Positions 26,178-38,692 of a DNA stretch of 64,000 nucleotides are shown here, one piece after another. The position numbers and the translations under genes are program-made. Location: NCBI GenBank assembly GCA_964234715.1, contig OZ174279.1; one strand, 5' to 3'. This stretch comes from Podarcis melisellensis (taxonomy: Eukaryota). The first letter of the stretch is position 1, and each line of letters begins with the position of its first letter. The notes beneath the pieces were generated by a model. That model made no database searches, had not been told where the DNA came from, and worked only from the letters and a program-made list of their open reading frames with translations.

Positions 26178-26354
26178 GTACCCGAATCATCTATGACCGC
26201 AAGTTTCTGTTAGATCGCCGGAATTCTCCCATGGCTCAGACTCCTCCTTGCCACCTTCCAAATATCCCAGGAGTTACCAGCCCTGGTACAATGACTGAGG
26301 ATTCCAAAGTGGAAGTAAACAATCTGAACAATCATGACGGGAAGCCTATAATTG
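26178..26354 (+). CDS. EIF4EBP2: EIF4EBP2 coding exon 2: (G)[58 protein letters not shown](G)
   Basis: eIF4E-binding motif YDRKFLL and IPGVT non-canonical motif; polypyrimidine cccccAG acceptor (26176-7) and G|GTAAGA donor; 177 nt keeps the frame. Not in the ORF track. Confidence 0.98.
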
Positions 26355-27151
26355 GTAAGAGCATGGCACATTTTGTTGTATAACTTTTCCATGATCGACT
26401 TTTAGGGTTTCGTAAAGTTTTGCTTCAAAATCATGTCATTTCTTTCCTCAGTGCAGCATATATCTTTTTATTTCAAAGTTGTGGGATATAGTGCTTTTCT
26501 TTGTCTTTAAGGAGCCTCTGCGTATGGAGCGCAGACTCAGTGAACTGTTGCACTGATCTTGTGTGGGTTGCTCGTATGCTGAATTATCGCCCTTAGGCTA
26601 CTAAAAACTCTGTAAAAGCGTAAGTTGATTGACAAACAGGAAACTGCCTCCTGTTCTGTCATAACTATTTAACACTGGTGAATTACCTCAAGGTTGTCTT
26701 GGATTTTGGATGGTGTGGTGAAAATTCAAGTCCGGACGTATGAGGTTGTAGGTCACACAATCCCCACTTCCTGACACAATCTCCACCTCCCCACACCCGT
26801 GTGGTTTTGATAGCATAACTTGCTCACATAGACTATCTGGAGCATGAAATATCCATTAGGAGAGCTAGATTTCAAGCCATCCATTAGGACTATTGGCTAC
26901 AAGCATATATTTAGCCTAAATGGGAGTTGGACAGCAAACCTATAGTGGGGAAAATGAGGCCAGTGGCATCTGGCATTCATTTTAATATATGATTTGACTG
27001 GTCTCAAACATGAGTTATTGGTATTTGTATTTAAATATGGTAATAAATGTGTGGATTTTGTGATGTACAGGCATATGATCATCAGGAAGATAGTGATCAA
27101 GTTCACTCCAGAAACATAAATATAGAACATGCTATACGTATGTACTGTATA

Positions 27152-27483
27152 CCGTATTTTCCCGTGTATAAGACGCCCCCTATTTTGGGGGACCCAGTTT
27201 CAGAAAATGGGAGGAGATGGCACAGAGTTGTTGAGCTTTTTTTCCACCTCTTGTCTGTCCCCTCACTGGCAGAAGCTACCAATTGTCTGCACACTTGCCG
27301 CAACATCAGTCAATCAACAGCACCCATTGACATAGCAACCAGAAACACGCACAATAGTTGCTGACAGCCACAGCAGCAACCAATCTAACGCCCACCCTAT
27401 GCACTACCCATGTATAAGACGACCCCCATTTTAAGCATGATTTTTACATGAAAAAAAGTTGTCTTATACACGGAAAAGTACAG
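27152..27483. mobile_element. pogo/mariner-type MITE (related fragment at 296-~405)
   Basis: TA|CCGTATTTTCCCGTGTATAAGAC…GTCTTATACACGGAAAAGTACAG|TA. Confidence 0.8.
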
Positions 27484-28396
27484 TATATACTTAAAGTTAT
27501 GCCCCCTGCTTCAGTGATGATAACAATAATTAACACAAAATCAGATCAAACAAACTGGTAAACAGCAGACATCTAAAAATAGGACAGCAGAAACAAAGAA
27601 TAAAAAGCAACTTGGCTGACTAGTCTTGGGAAATAGAAAGGTCTTCACTTGGCGCCTGGAAAAGGGATTGTCAAACTGCAGCCCTCCTGAAGTTGTTGGA
27701 CTACAACTTCCATCATCCATGATCATTGGCTATGGTGGCTAGGGTTCATGGGATGGAAATTGGAGCCAAGGTAAAAAAGAAAAAGGAAAAAAGGAGGGTT
27801 TGACCACCATTCACAAAAGAGAAAACCCATGTTATTCCAAGCAGGGGGCGGGGGTAAAATAATGTAAAGTGTATTCCCCATCCCTGGGAGAAAAGCCTTG
27901 TAAAGTTAAGGCAAGAGGTGGTCAACTTTAGGCCTACCATACGTTGATGGACTGCAACTCCCATCAGCCTCTGCCAGCATGGCCAGTGGTTAGTTGTGGT
28001 CCAGAAACGTCCACAGGGCCACATTTCCCTCATCGCTGCATTAGAATGAAGTAGCACAATCTTGAGGATGTAGAATAAATTGTACCACTTAAGTATACAA
28101 AAAGTATATACAGACTTGTATGGATTGGTATTTTTTTGTATTTTTTAAATTCTCTCTCTTTCTGTGTGTAAATAAAAGTGACAAAATGTGGAGTTTTGCT
28201 CCACATTATGAATTTTATACATGTATATATAAACACCAGCAGCTGCATACTCTATCTGGAAATGATTCCAGACCAATCCTTTCTGCTGTGCTGTTTTCCT
28301 ACTTAGAAGGAATTTTGTTTTATTTTTTAATGCACTCTTGCACGCGCGCACCCCCCACAACGACAATCTGAACAGCACACACCCCTGTCTCCTATA

Positions 28397-29979
28397 CAGT
28401 GGTGCCTCGCAAGACGAAATTAATTCGTTCCGCAAGTCTCTTCGTCTTGCGAGTTTTTCGTCTTGCGATGCACGGTTTTCCATAGGAATGCATTGAAAAT
28501 CAATTAATGCGTTCCTATGGAAAACGCCTTCCCCCGACCTCTTCTGGCGGGCGGCATTTTAAAATCACCCGGGACAGCGGAGGACTTCTCCGCTGTCCGG
28601 GGCGATTTAAAAGCCCCTGGGAAGGCAGGCAGGGGGACAAAGGCTTTCTCGCCCCGCCGCTCGGCTTCGGGACATCGTTCCGATGCCGGGCGGAGGGGGG
28701 AGGCTTTCTCGCCCGGCCGCCCGGCTTCGGGACATCGTTCCGATGCCGGGCGGTGGGGGGAGGCGTTCCTGCCCCACCGCCCGGCATCGGAACGATGCCC
28801 CGAAGCCGGGCGGCTGGGGGAGGCGTTCCTGCCCCACCGCCCGGCATCGGGACGATGCCCCGAAGCCGGGCGGCTGGGGGAGGCGTTCCTGCCCCACCGC
28901 CCGGCATCGGGACGATGCCCCGAAGCCGGGCGGCTGGGGGAGGCGTTCCTGCCCCACCGCCCGGCATCGGGACGATGCCCCGAAGCCGGGCGGCTGGGGG
29001 AGGCGTTCCTGCCCCACCGCCCGGCATCGGGACGATGCCCCGAAGCCGGGCGGCTGGGGGAGGCGTTCCTGCCCCACCGCCCGGCATCGGGACGATGCCC
29101 CTAAGCCGGGCGGCGGGGGGAGGCTTTCCCGCCCCGTCGCCCGGCATCGGGACATGGTTCCGATGCCAGGCGGCGGGGGGAGGCTTTCTCGCCCCGTCGC
29201 CCGGCATCGGGACGATGCCCCGAAGCCGGGCGGCGGGGGGAGGCGTTCCTGCCCGGCCGCCCTGCATCGGGACATGGTTCCGATGCCAGGCGGCGGGGGG
29301 AGGCTTTCTCGCCCCGTCGCCCGGCATCGGGACGATGCCCCGAAGCCGGGCGGCGAGGGGAGGCTTTCCCGCCCCGTCGCCCGGCATCGGGACATGGTTC
29401 CGATGCCGGGCGGCGGGGGGAGGCTTTCTCGCCCCGTCGCCCGGCATCGGGACGATGCCCCGATGCCGGGCGGCGGGGGGAGGCTTCAAAAGCCGTCCGG
29501 GGGCTTTTAAATCGCCCCGGACAGTCCCGGGGCGATTTAAAAGCCCCCGGTTAGGCAGGCAGGGGGGGCAAAGACTTTTGCCCCCCGCCCGCCTTGGGAA
29601 GAGGTCCAGGACCTCTTCCCAAGGCGGGCGGGGGGGCAAAAGTCTTTGCCCCCCCTGCCTGCCTTCAAAAGCCGTCCGGGATAGCGGGAAGCGCTTCCCT
29701 GCTATCCCGGACCGCTTTTAAAATGCTGGCGGTGGGGAGCAAAGCCTTTCGCCCCCGCCGGCCTTCCTGGACCTCTTCTGAAGTCCGGAGGGGGGGAAAA
29801 GGCTTTGCTCCCCACCGCCAGCATTTAAAAAAAGGTCCCCGAGATTTCCCTATGGGCTTTCGTCTTGCGATGCAAGCCCATAGGGAAAATCGTCTAGCGA
29901 AGCGTCGCAAAACCCGAAAAACCCTTTCGTCTTGCGGGTTTTTCGTCTTGCGAGGCATTCGTCTTGCGGGGCACCACTG
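28397..29979. mobile_element. 1.58-kb Tc1/mariner non-autonomous element containing a GC-rich 60-bp minisatellite
   Basis: 22-bp TIRs CAGTGGTGCC(T/C)CGCAAGACGAA (21/22 match), TA TSD, subterminal CGTCTTGCG repeats. Confidence 0.9.
28625..29485. repeat. 60-bp tandem repeat, about 14 units
   Basis: Unit cgaagccgggcggctgggggaggcgttcctgccccaccgcccggcatcgggacgatgccc repeats in register with the 60-nt lines. Confidence 0.97.
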
Positions 29980-30125
29980 TATGTATTAATGAGGCCTGCC
30001 TCAAATGTCATGGAGGGCTGACAGAGAAACTCACCGTTTCTCTTAGGAGACACTTAAAACTGTACATGTGTGATGCTTCCTCAACCCGCCCCATACTGAC
30101 TTGCGTCCTCTTGTCCTTCAACCAG

Positions 30126-30157
30126 GTGATGATGCTCAGTTTGAGATGGACATCTGA
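30126..30157 (+). CDS. EIF4EBP2: EIF4EBP2 coding exon 3: (G)DDAQFEMDI*
   Basis: TOS motif FEMDI then TGA (30155-30157); acceptor ccAG at 30124-5. Total CDS 357 nt = 118 aa. Confidence 0.98.
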
Positions 30158-33100
30158 TCTTCCATGAGGGGCAACCATGGGGAGACAACAACTCCTGATC
30201 ACCTGTGCACATCTGATTTGGCCAACAGGATCAACAACTGAAGGATGGAAGAAGAAGAAGCTGTTTTCCACTGGAATCTTCACTTCAGCTTTTGAAGTGC
30301 CAAAGGATAAGAGGACTATTTACCCCACTCCCCTTGATTCCCATTAGCCATGCAATGCTTCACCCCTCCTCCTTTGCTCTCTCCCCCCCACTTTTTGTTT
30401 TTAACCCTTTCATATCCCTGGTTTGTGACTGAATGGAAACCCATGATAAATTTATAGAGCTAAGGAGTGTCCCTTGGCTTCTCGCACTTTAGAGACAACT
30501 TATCAAATCATGCACACGCGAGAACTTGGCTTCCATCAGCATTTGGATAATTATTGCAATCTGCAACAACACCACAAAAAGGGGCCACGGAAGGGGTGGA
30601 TATATGCTTGAAGGGACACAACACTGCCGTTGTTCTCCTCTCCCTTAACTGCTGTCAATTTAATCCCATTTGGTAACCTGTTTCCGTGTATCTTTCATTT
30701 GTGTGTGCAGTGCACTCACTCGGATTCTTCTGTTTCTCCTTACTAATTAGTATATCTCGGCACTTGGTGGGGTTCTGTCTTGTACAAGGGCTTTGCTGTG
30801 ATGCCTTTCAAAATTATAAGTTCCCATCCTGTTGCGTAGAACAGGTGAGAAACCTAGAAAGAGCCACCACTCAAATCATGCATATTTCTCCTAGTGCCTG
30901 CTAGAAACTCCCCAATTCAAAAAACCAACCCTTCTCTCTTCAGCTTCCTAATTTGAACCCATCAGTGTTAAAGGAGAACCACATTTCGTTCTGACTTAAT
31001 ACCATACTTGATGGTCCTCTGGACTGTTTGTTTCCAAGTCTACTCTTCCCATTTTTGCTGCTGTTAACATCTGCCGGATTCTTTCCAAGTCTACTATTGT
31101 GCCAAAAGCATTCATTGAAACACCCTGGCTGTGCTTGACTAGAATAAGCTTTGCAAGAGTCTAGTGCTCTTGCATAAGCTTGGGACACCCTAAGATTTAC
31201 TTACTGGGCTGTTGGAATATGCCATTCTGATTTCGTGATGTGTGACTTGGGGTGGCGGGCAATCAAAAAGTTAGTAAGCCTATTGGAGCAAAACCACCCA
31301 GCTGTGATCCTGTTCACCCATCTTCTTGCACATTTCCTGAATTCACACATTACTAAATCAGCTGGGTGAGCAAGGTACCCTTTAGTTGCTGATGGCCTCA
31401 TTTAATTCGATTCTTATGGGTGAACTGCTTGCCTGGGCTTGAAAGGGAGAGAGCCCACTCATCATGGGAATTATAAGGCAGTCAGGCTACCTTGTGAGAG
31501 TGGATGAGTTCATGCCTTGGTTGCGGTGCTAGCTGATAACTTGAACTGTGTAAAAATGCATCTCCCTAAGGCTGCAATATTTTGTCACGTTTAATTGGCT
31601 AGATCGATCCATTAAAACCCATTTTCTCGAGTAAAACAAACCTTTTTTAATCTGACTATTTTTAGTGTGAGTACCTAGCAGAACCTACATGCAGGCAGCC
31701 AAAGAGACATAACAGGAAGGAATGTTTTGAATATGATGCTGCTTATGAAACATGGCGTGCATCATATACCATGCATGTTAGGTTTCCCTCCCTGCAAACA
31801 ATTTTTATTAATATGCACAGCTGGTAGGTTGATTTACATCACACTCCTGTGCATGTTTACTTAGAAGTAAGTCGGGCTTGGAACACACAAAAAGCGTGTT
31901 CGAGAAGACAGCTGCTAAAGTTCCTTTGCTTAGATGTCAGCTTTCTCCCAGGTACTAAGCGGTTGATGGTCGCAGCGGTTCATATGGTATCATCAGTGCT
32001 TTTTTTCTGGGGGGACGATGACGCAGGTGAACGCATACCCCTAAACATTTTGTGAATCTAAGTTTGGCCTCATTGAGGGGCAGTATTTCAATACGAGTAG
32101 GAAAATGAGAGTACCCCTAAACATTTTTTTAAAGAAAAAAAGCACTGGGTATCAGTATGCCATGGCAGCCTCTTTTTCCTGGGGCAGGATCTCATCCTGC
32201 TCTGGTAGTGTTTGCAAATGGGATGAATGGATCGTATGGTCCACAGTGGATGTCACAGTGTGATGTGGCAATTTCCCCCAAAGGATTTCATTCGGTTGTA
32301 GCTTGGTAGTTGTAGCACGGTACCCCAGCCTCAGGGAAAGTGGCAGCCACGCTATATTTGTAACTTCTGAATCGGTCCTGGGAGTTAAGCTGAACACAGA
32401 TGAATAGGTATTGGTAACAGAGAAAACTTCCAACACATGAACTCATCCCTTGGAATAGAATTCTGCCCCAACATCTCTTCTATAAATTGGCAAAGATCTT
32501 TTCTTTTGATTTAAAAGGGAGGGTCTAGTAACTTTTTTTTCTTTTTGCCTGCACTAAAATGTGAATATAGGAGCAAAATTGCTTTGTAACTGTTGATCTC
32601 TCAGGAATAGGCTCTGCTTGCAATGTTTCTGGGCAAGGCAACACTGCCCCTTAATAGTGGTGGTGGTGCAAAAGTGAACTAAGCTGTGATAAGCAGAGGG
32701 GATGCTCTTTAGCCGCGTTGCAAAACTTCCTGATTTTGCTTTGTTTTTGGTCAGGGTAGTTCTGAAGTGCACTATTAAGTCCAGCCCAGAGTCAGGGCAC
32801 AGTTGGATTTCCATCCTTCCTCTTGCATAATTGCCAGCAGTTGTTTCTAGAACCTCGTCGGCTTTTCTGTTGATGAGGCAGAACAGAGACCGTTTGCTCT
32901 GCAGTGCTGACAGTAGTGGAACTCGGATTTGTCTATGACCTAAGCCAATTTAGGCTGCAGTCGTAACCCCATTTACCTGGGAGTAAGCCCTGTTGAATTC
33001 AGTAGGACTTAACTTCAGGGTTGACATTGTTAGGAATGTGCTGTTAATTGGTGAGATGGAGGAGAAGGGCTGTACTTCAGATGTTGCTGACACCCACTTT

Positions 33101-36100
33101 TCTAATAGTATTTTTCAGAAACTCTCTTGGACTAAAGGAATGGCTTCAAACTTGCACACTCTCCCAAATCTCCAAGGGGTTATTACATACTATGAAATAC
33201 ATTTGGTAGTACCATTCCTTCCACCTCATAACAGAAAGTTAGCATGAAATGCATCAGGGCTTTCTATGTGTCACAATCAGTTCAGTTGCTGCTGCTGCTG
33301 CTGCTGTTGCCTCCATAATCTTTTGGACAAAGATAAGGAAAGAAAGACTATTTAACTAGTTCAGTGTAGGTGATCATATTTCTCTTTCTTGTTCTGCAGC
33401 AAGTTTCCAGCATGTCTCCAGGCAAGTCTCTTTGTGCCTCAATTCCCCACTTGTTAAGATGGGGACAATAGACTCCTGCCTCACAGGGTTATTGTGAGGA
33501 TAAATTGGTAGATATTTGTAAGGCACTCCCCCCAAAAAACCAACCCCTGGCATGAGTACCACAAAGAAACCAATAAATCTTACATTTATTTTAATACCCA
33601 GCCAGGTGGTTCAGTCGTGGCCATGAAATAAGAAAGGTTGCTAGCATCTCCTGGATTATTTCCCTATGGCGAACAACTTAGTTTTTAAGAGAGCATCATT
33701 TTGATGGAACAAAGGTTGAAGGGCCAGCAACAGTTGCTCTGAGAGTTGAATGGGCTAAGGGCTCCTTGGTGCCTTTCCTCTGCAGAGGCTATACCAGAGG
33801 TTTAACCCCCTTGTGCATTTCGGTTGCCCAGTCCCTTTTTGCCTGTGGCTTGGCCTGCCCAGGGGAGTGAGTAGCCAAGCTGCCCAAGGAGAGAACTCTT
33901 TCTGGGGAGATGGCAGAAAGCCCTTTGCCTGTGACTCTGCTCCATGCTGAAGAAAAGGGCTGAGATAGCACAGCATAAGGACTGGGGGAGCTATATGAAA
34001 GGGCCCTGGGCTGCCAGCTGCGCCCATCACTTCTCTGGCATACAGCAGTGCTGAGCTGAGCCAACTGAACACTAAGCCTACACAGCAGCCTTTATGGTTC
34101 TGGCTGTCTAGTTTGAAGGAGGGGGGAGAGTCCTTTAAATGCCCGTGCAATTGCAGTTCTCTGTACAGTCTTCTTGCTGCATCCTGTGCTTCCAAGTGGT
34201 GCTCCGGTTTATGCAAGAGATCAAACCGATTCCCCATCAGGTTATAAGTTGTGTTGACTGAACAATCACAAGTACATATTCAGTGGCTTGCCATTTTAAG
34301 ACGCCAGAACACACAGGCACTCCGAACATGCCCTTTCCCATTACTATTAATCCTGATTCCAAGATACTAAGATGGAAAGTTGCACTTTTTTAAAAACAAC
34401 AACAACAGTGCAGTTTTCTGCAACTGCACTGAGGAATGGTGTTTAACCCTTGGCAGTCACTTAAAATTATGTTTGCTGCTGGCTTTTATGCTGTAATGAT
34501 GTTACTTGAAAGATTTCTACTTGATGGCTGAGTGAGTAAAAAGTTAACAAAAAAGAACCCGACAGCAAGTTAGTATTTTTACCCCCACAAACTCAAAACT
34601 GCAATTTCTTATATTGTGTCTTCCTCACAATGTCACCACCAAAGCTATATGGTGGGTGTTTAGATTTCATTTTATTTTGCTTTTGAAAAGCATCTTTGGC
34701 TGGCTGAGACTCCCAAGTGCTGCTGTGACAACTCTGATCTATACCAGTCATTTTAGATTACCAGGGCTGCAATATTTGGTCTATCAATCTTTAGATTAAC
34801 AGGGCTGCAATATTTAGTCTATCAAACATTTTGGTCAGCAGAAAAAAGGAACAGTAGATTGAAAAAATAAACTTTAATACAAGTACTTCTACAAATTGCA
34901 GTGAAAACATCCCTTTTAGAGCCGCCCCTCCATTTGTGAGAGAAAATGGGTATGGGTTGTTTTTTTAAAGCTATTGTATATGCAAATACATGCAGTTTTA
35001 ATTAGTTACCTGACTAAAACTTAACCATCAGCTAAGATTTATTTAATCACTTGACAGCCTTGTTGATCAGTCTGTATTAGCTTGTCTTTATTCACACCAG
35101 TAAGTGACGAGTCAGGGATGGCCAATGTCTGTATTCTGTGGCTGTTCTGGAGGCCAGAAATGTGCTTTGCCTCCCAAACTGGATGGCCAGGCAATCTTGC
35201 AGTAAAGGGACATCACAGTTGTGTCTGAGCCCAGACATTGTGTGCAAAAAGCCAAAGAGAGTTGTAGCATGAACCGTATCTCTTGCTTACCCCACTTGCA
35301 AACATTCCCCCCACCCCACCCCATTAGTGCTGAAATTGTAAGATACTTTTTACTATGCCTTTGATTAAAGTACATTAGGGCCACTAGCTAATACAATATT
35401 GGAAGATTGGGAATTATGAGGCTACCCTGGAAGAAGGAATACAGCTCTGGCCTTATCGCCTAGTGTAGTAAGGAAGCAAATTGTGGCTTCAAACATTGTG
35501 ATGTTATGAAGAGACATCTGATGTGGGGCAGGGGGAACCACCACTGAAAAAGAAACCCAATGACATGGCACAGTGGTATATGATTTGGGGGCATGTTGCC
35601 AGAAATACCTAGATAACATGCATTTTGGGTGTGCCTTCATTCTGAGATAACCGAGAACGTGTATAAAACGCCATGCAAAAAAAGATATGGTAAATGTAGT
35701 GCATACATTGGCTGAAACCTGTGGTTGGAGTAGGCAGTTTTCTGCTTCAACTTGGCTTCTAAACTTCCAGCTTTCTGACATAACTGCCGCTGAAAGGAAA
35801 ATGTGCCAGGAGGCCTGAGCCTCTACTATGCCTTATGTTTCCAATGCCCTTCCTTACCTATACAAAACAAGAATATTCAAGCTCCAACACCTGATTGTCC
35901 TTGTTTCTACGTTAAATCTTGCATCGTGAGTTTCTTGTTGCAATAACAAGTCAGATCCCAGGTTTTCAAAGAGCACTTTTGTTGGCCCTTAGCTAAAATT
36001 GGACATTTGGGCTTGCTATACCTGTAAGAACCCTTACAGCCCTCAAGAATTGCCGCTTTAGTAAGCCTTTCGTTCTTACGCCTTTGTATTTGGGAACCAC

Positions 36101-38350
36101 CAGCTGGCTTTCACAACCAAGGGTTTGGTGCAGATGAGTCTTGAGTGGCGTAGAAAGATTGGGAACCGAGTCAGTATTTCATTTTAAAGGGGGATGATTG
36201 TGATGGTCTGGAATCAGGAGTCTTATCAGGAATATGTAGTTACACTTTTGCTTAATTTCCCCCATGATAGGTATCCTGATAGGTAGCTCACCAACTCATA
36301 CAGATCACCAGTTTTTGTGACATAGACTAGAATTGAAGATACTCAAGTACTTAACTTCTACTGTGACTTACTTCTGTTGTATTAGTAACAGCTTTAGCAT
36401 ACTGAACTAACAGCAACATAATGGATGCTTAAATGTGGCCTTGGAATCTGTTCTGTGTTATGCTGGAGTACCACGTTTATTGACTTTGAACAGAAACCAC
36501 ATTTGGAAAAGTTGGCCAAATCAGTGGTGGAGTTCTTCGTACTGTCACCAAAGATCACTAGCACAGCGTTGTATCAAGTTGTACAAGTATTTCCACCAAT
36601 GAAAAATGTTTCCAGACCCCAATTAAAAATCACAGTCACTATTACTTTTAAGTGTCACATTCTATGGTATTTGGTTGTGTACATAGGATGTAAGTTGCCA
36701 GTGGGATTTACCATTGTAAATCAACTAAGGCACTGGAAGGGATGCTAGCTTCCTTAAGAGACCCATGGAAGGTTTGAGATTTCACATCAGTAGGCCATTT
36801 CTTGTCCGGGATCCCTTCAAGCAGCCAGCACCAATTTCACACCGGGGAGTGACATTCTAATGTCAGCCTTGGGTTCCTGCTGTCCGCTGCCATTGTAGCC
36901 CTGATACTTCTCTTTGCAATTTCTGGTGCCTCTCAACCATTGATGATACTGTCCTTGAAATTTCAATAGATTGTTTTATTTCCACTAGTATAGTTAGCCA
37001 TTGATTATATTCAGTATTTCACTTTGGGTCTCAGGACTGTGCTAAAACATTCTGGAGTAGTTTTCTAGTTGGGATATTTTGGCGTCAAAGATGAAGAGAT
37101 GTTTCACTCCTTTCTTTTTTTTTTCATTTGTGCTAATTTTATTTCTCTCTAAATGTACTTGGCTGATTGATGTAGCAATGAGTTTTAACTCAGTTTTTCT
37201 TTCTCTCTTTGGGCTGGGAGAATAATTCCCTTCTGCATTTCCGTAATTGTTCATAATGGTAAAAGAGTTCATATAGGAAACCTTGATAGGCATTTTGAGA
37301 AGTAAACTTTGTTTATGCCCCTGCGACATTCTGTGAACTGAACTTGATTGCAACAGTTCATAAAATGGATTTACAGAAATTAGCTGCTCCTTATGTACAT
37401 TCTGTGTGGCAATGATCTGCTTGCCTTTTTCTTTTATTTTTGTCTCCTTCATCCTGACATTATGCTGCACAGAAAGCTTGAGAGGTTGAAAGATTGGCTT
37501 TTGATAGTCATCAGCAAAATTGGGTAACTGTGGAAAATTATAAATCTATTGTGTGGAGAAAGGGTGAGTGCAAAAATTAAATATGTATATGTATGTGGGT
37601 GGATGCTTATACACACACACAAATATATATAAATATATATAGATATATATATGAATTTTTAGAGAAATAAAGAACTGTGTTGATGCTTTTAATGCAGGGA
37701 GAAATTTTACTTAGGGCTGATCATAGGGAATATCTGGTTTAGCAGAGCATATATTTCACAAAACCAGCTTTACAACATCCAAGGATAATTTATCTTGATC
37801 CCAAAATGCAAATGCAGCAGGAACCAGGTATAAAAAGTATGTGTGCGAGTCAAATAAGATTTGGAAGATTTCATCAGCATCTTGGCCTGTGTTTACATCA
37901 AGAACACAACAGGACTTCCCTTCCTCCTCTTGCAATCTCCCTCTCTCATGTCAATCTGCATCTCTGCAGGATGGTAATCCAGTGTGCCTTTCTTCACCTT
38001 AAGACAGGAGAAGAATTATTAACATTTGTGGGGCAGCTTGTTTTCTGGGTTTTTGTGGCCTCCTCGGGAAAAGTGTGGAGGCTGCTGCCAATAAAATTAC
38101 TGAATGTCTCTGACACAATTTTTTTTTAATTGGTTATACCTGTCTCCTTCCTATTTACTGAACACGTCCTTCCTCACCCTCCATATTCTGTCTTTGTCTA
38201 AATGTAATCCTGGTTTAAAAGAAAACAGAAGTTGTCTGAACAATCCTTGGGCTACTTCTGTACAAATCTGGTTTTTACTGAAACAGGTGTTTAGGGAAAA
38301 CACTCACCAATGGTTGCTGTTACCATGAGATCAATAAAGATCTTGATTAT
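30158..38350 (+). other. EIF4EBP2: Probable long 3'UTR of EIF4EBP2 (~8.2 kb), distal poly(A) signal AATAAA at 38333-38338
   Basis: TE-poor, AT-rich region after the stop. AATAAA is followed by GT/T-rich sequence, and young MITEs resume just beyond (38478). Mammalian EIF4EBP2 has a multi-kb 3'UTR. The end point is inferred. Confidence 0.6.
31994..32147. mobile_element. hAT-type MITE within the putative EIF4EBP2 3'UTR (related copy ~11120-11290)
   Basis: CAGTGCTTTTTTT / AAAAAAAGCACTG TIRs; TSD ggtatca(t/g). Confidence 0.8.
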
Positions 38351-38477
38351 ATCAAGCTGCAGTGTTGCGTGTTTTTCCATATTGAATCGGTAAGAAAACG
38401 TGGGGTTGAGGATAGCAAAAGCCAGAGCTGAGCACATTTCTCTTTGAAGAAATAAAACTTGATAGAAATATAGAATA

Positions 38478-38692
38478 CAGTGGTACCTCAGGTTACATAC
38501 GCTTCAGGTTACAGACTCCGCTAACCCAGAAATAGTGCTTCAGGTTAAGAACTGTGCTTCAGGATGAGAACAGAAATCGGGCTCCGGCGGCGCGAGGCCC
38601 CATTAGCTAAAGTGGTGCTTCAGGTTTAGAACAGTTTCAGGTTAAGTACAGACCTCCGGAACGAATTAAGTACTTAACCTGAGGTACCACTG
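38478..38692. mobile_element. Tc1/mariner MITE, family B
   Basis: Same TIRs and TA TSD. Confidence 0.9.

Noticed and set aside
28625-29485. CRISPR-like look of the palindromic repeat array
   Set aside because: No unique spacers, vertebrate intron, bounded by transposon TIRs.
28507-29721. 404-aa and overlapping long Pro/Gly/Arg-rich ORFs
   Set aside because: Products of a stop-free GC-rich 60-bp tandem repeat inside a MITE; open in most frames, no domain.
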